Source of the DNA: Tubulanus polymorphus
Taxonomy: Eukaryota > Animalia > Nemertea
Length of the DNA: 64,000 nucleotides
Assembly: GCF_964204645.1 (NCBI RefSeq)
Contig: NC_134026.1
Coordinates: 2,875,950 to 2,939,949, forward strand
Reading direction: 5' to 3'
Positions 63,903-64,000 of this stretch are shown here, piece after piece. The notes under the pieces are model-generated. The model had not been told where the DNA came from, did not search any database, and saw only the letters and a program-made list of their open reading frames with translations. Numbering within the stretch: the stretch's first letter is position 1; each line of letters begins with the position of its first letter. Both the position numbers and the translations under genes were made by a program.

Positions 63903-64000
63903 GTTGTGATTGCTAGATTGCGTGTCAATTCAAACAGTTTCCGTCTGTATTACGTTTTTGACTGTGTTGATTGATTGGCTTCTTAGCAAATCATCAAGTT

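Overview
This is eukaryotic genomic DNA from an invertebrate animal: AT-rich, with many short GT-AG introns and no prokaryotic features. From left to right it holds: (1) a roughly 35-exon, minus-strand apolipophorin/ApoB-type large lipid transfer protein gene (~1.8-18.6 kb, ~3,700 aa by rough exon sum, one 3.6-kb exon); (2) a plus-strand tincar-like multipass membrane protein gene (CDS 30137-36100, two coding exons); (3) minus-strand splicing factor SLU7 (39815-43319, 13 coding exons); (4) a repeat-rich, apparently non-coding stretch (44.3-57.2 kb) with a palindrome-rich 76-bp satellite, foldback MITEs, a ~117-bp tandem repeat, inverted LINE fragments and a possible spliced non-coding or pseudogene transcript; (5) two tandem paralogous genes for secreted proteins with cysteine-less Ig-like domains, where near-identical tracts alternate with sharply divergent patches (58.4-62.5 kb); and (6) the 3' end of a minus-strand vWA-domain gene. 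All gene models were read by eye from splice signals and frame continuity. No database searches were run.
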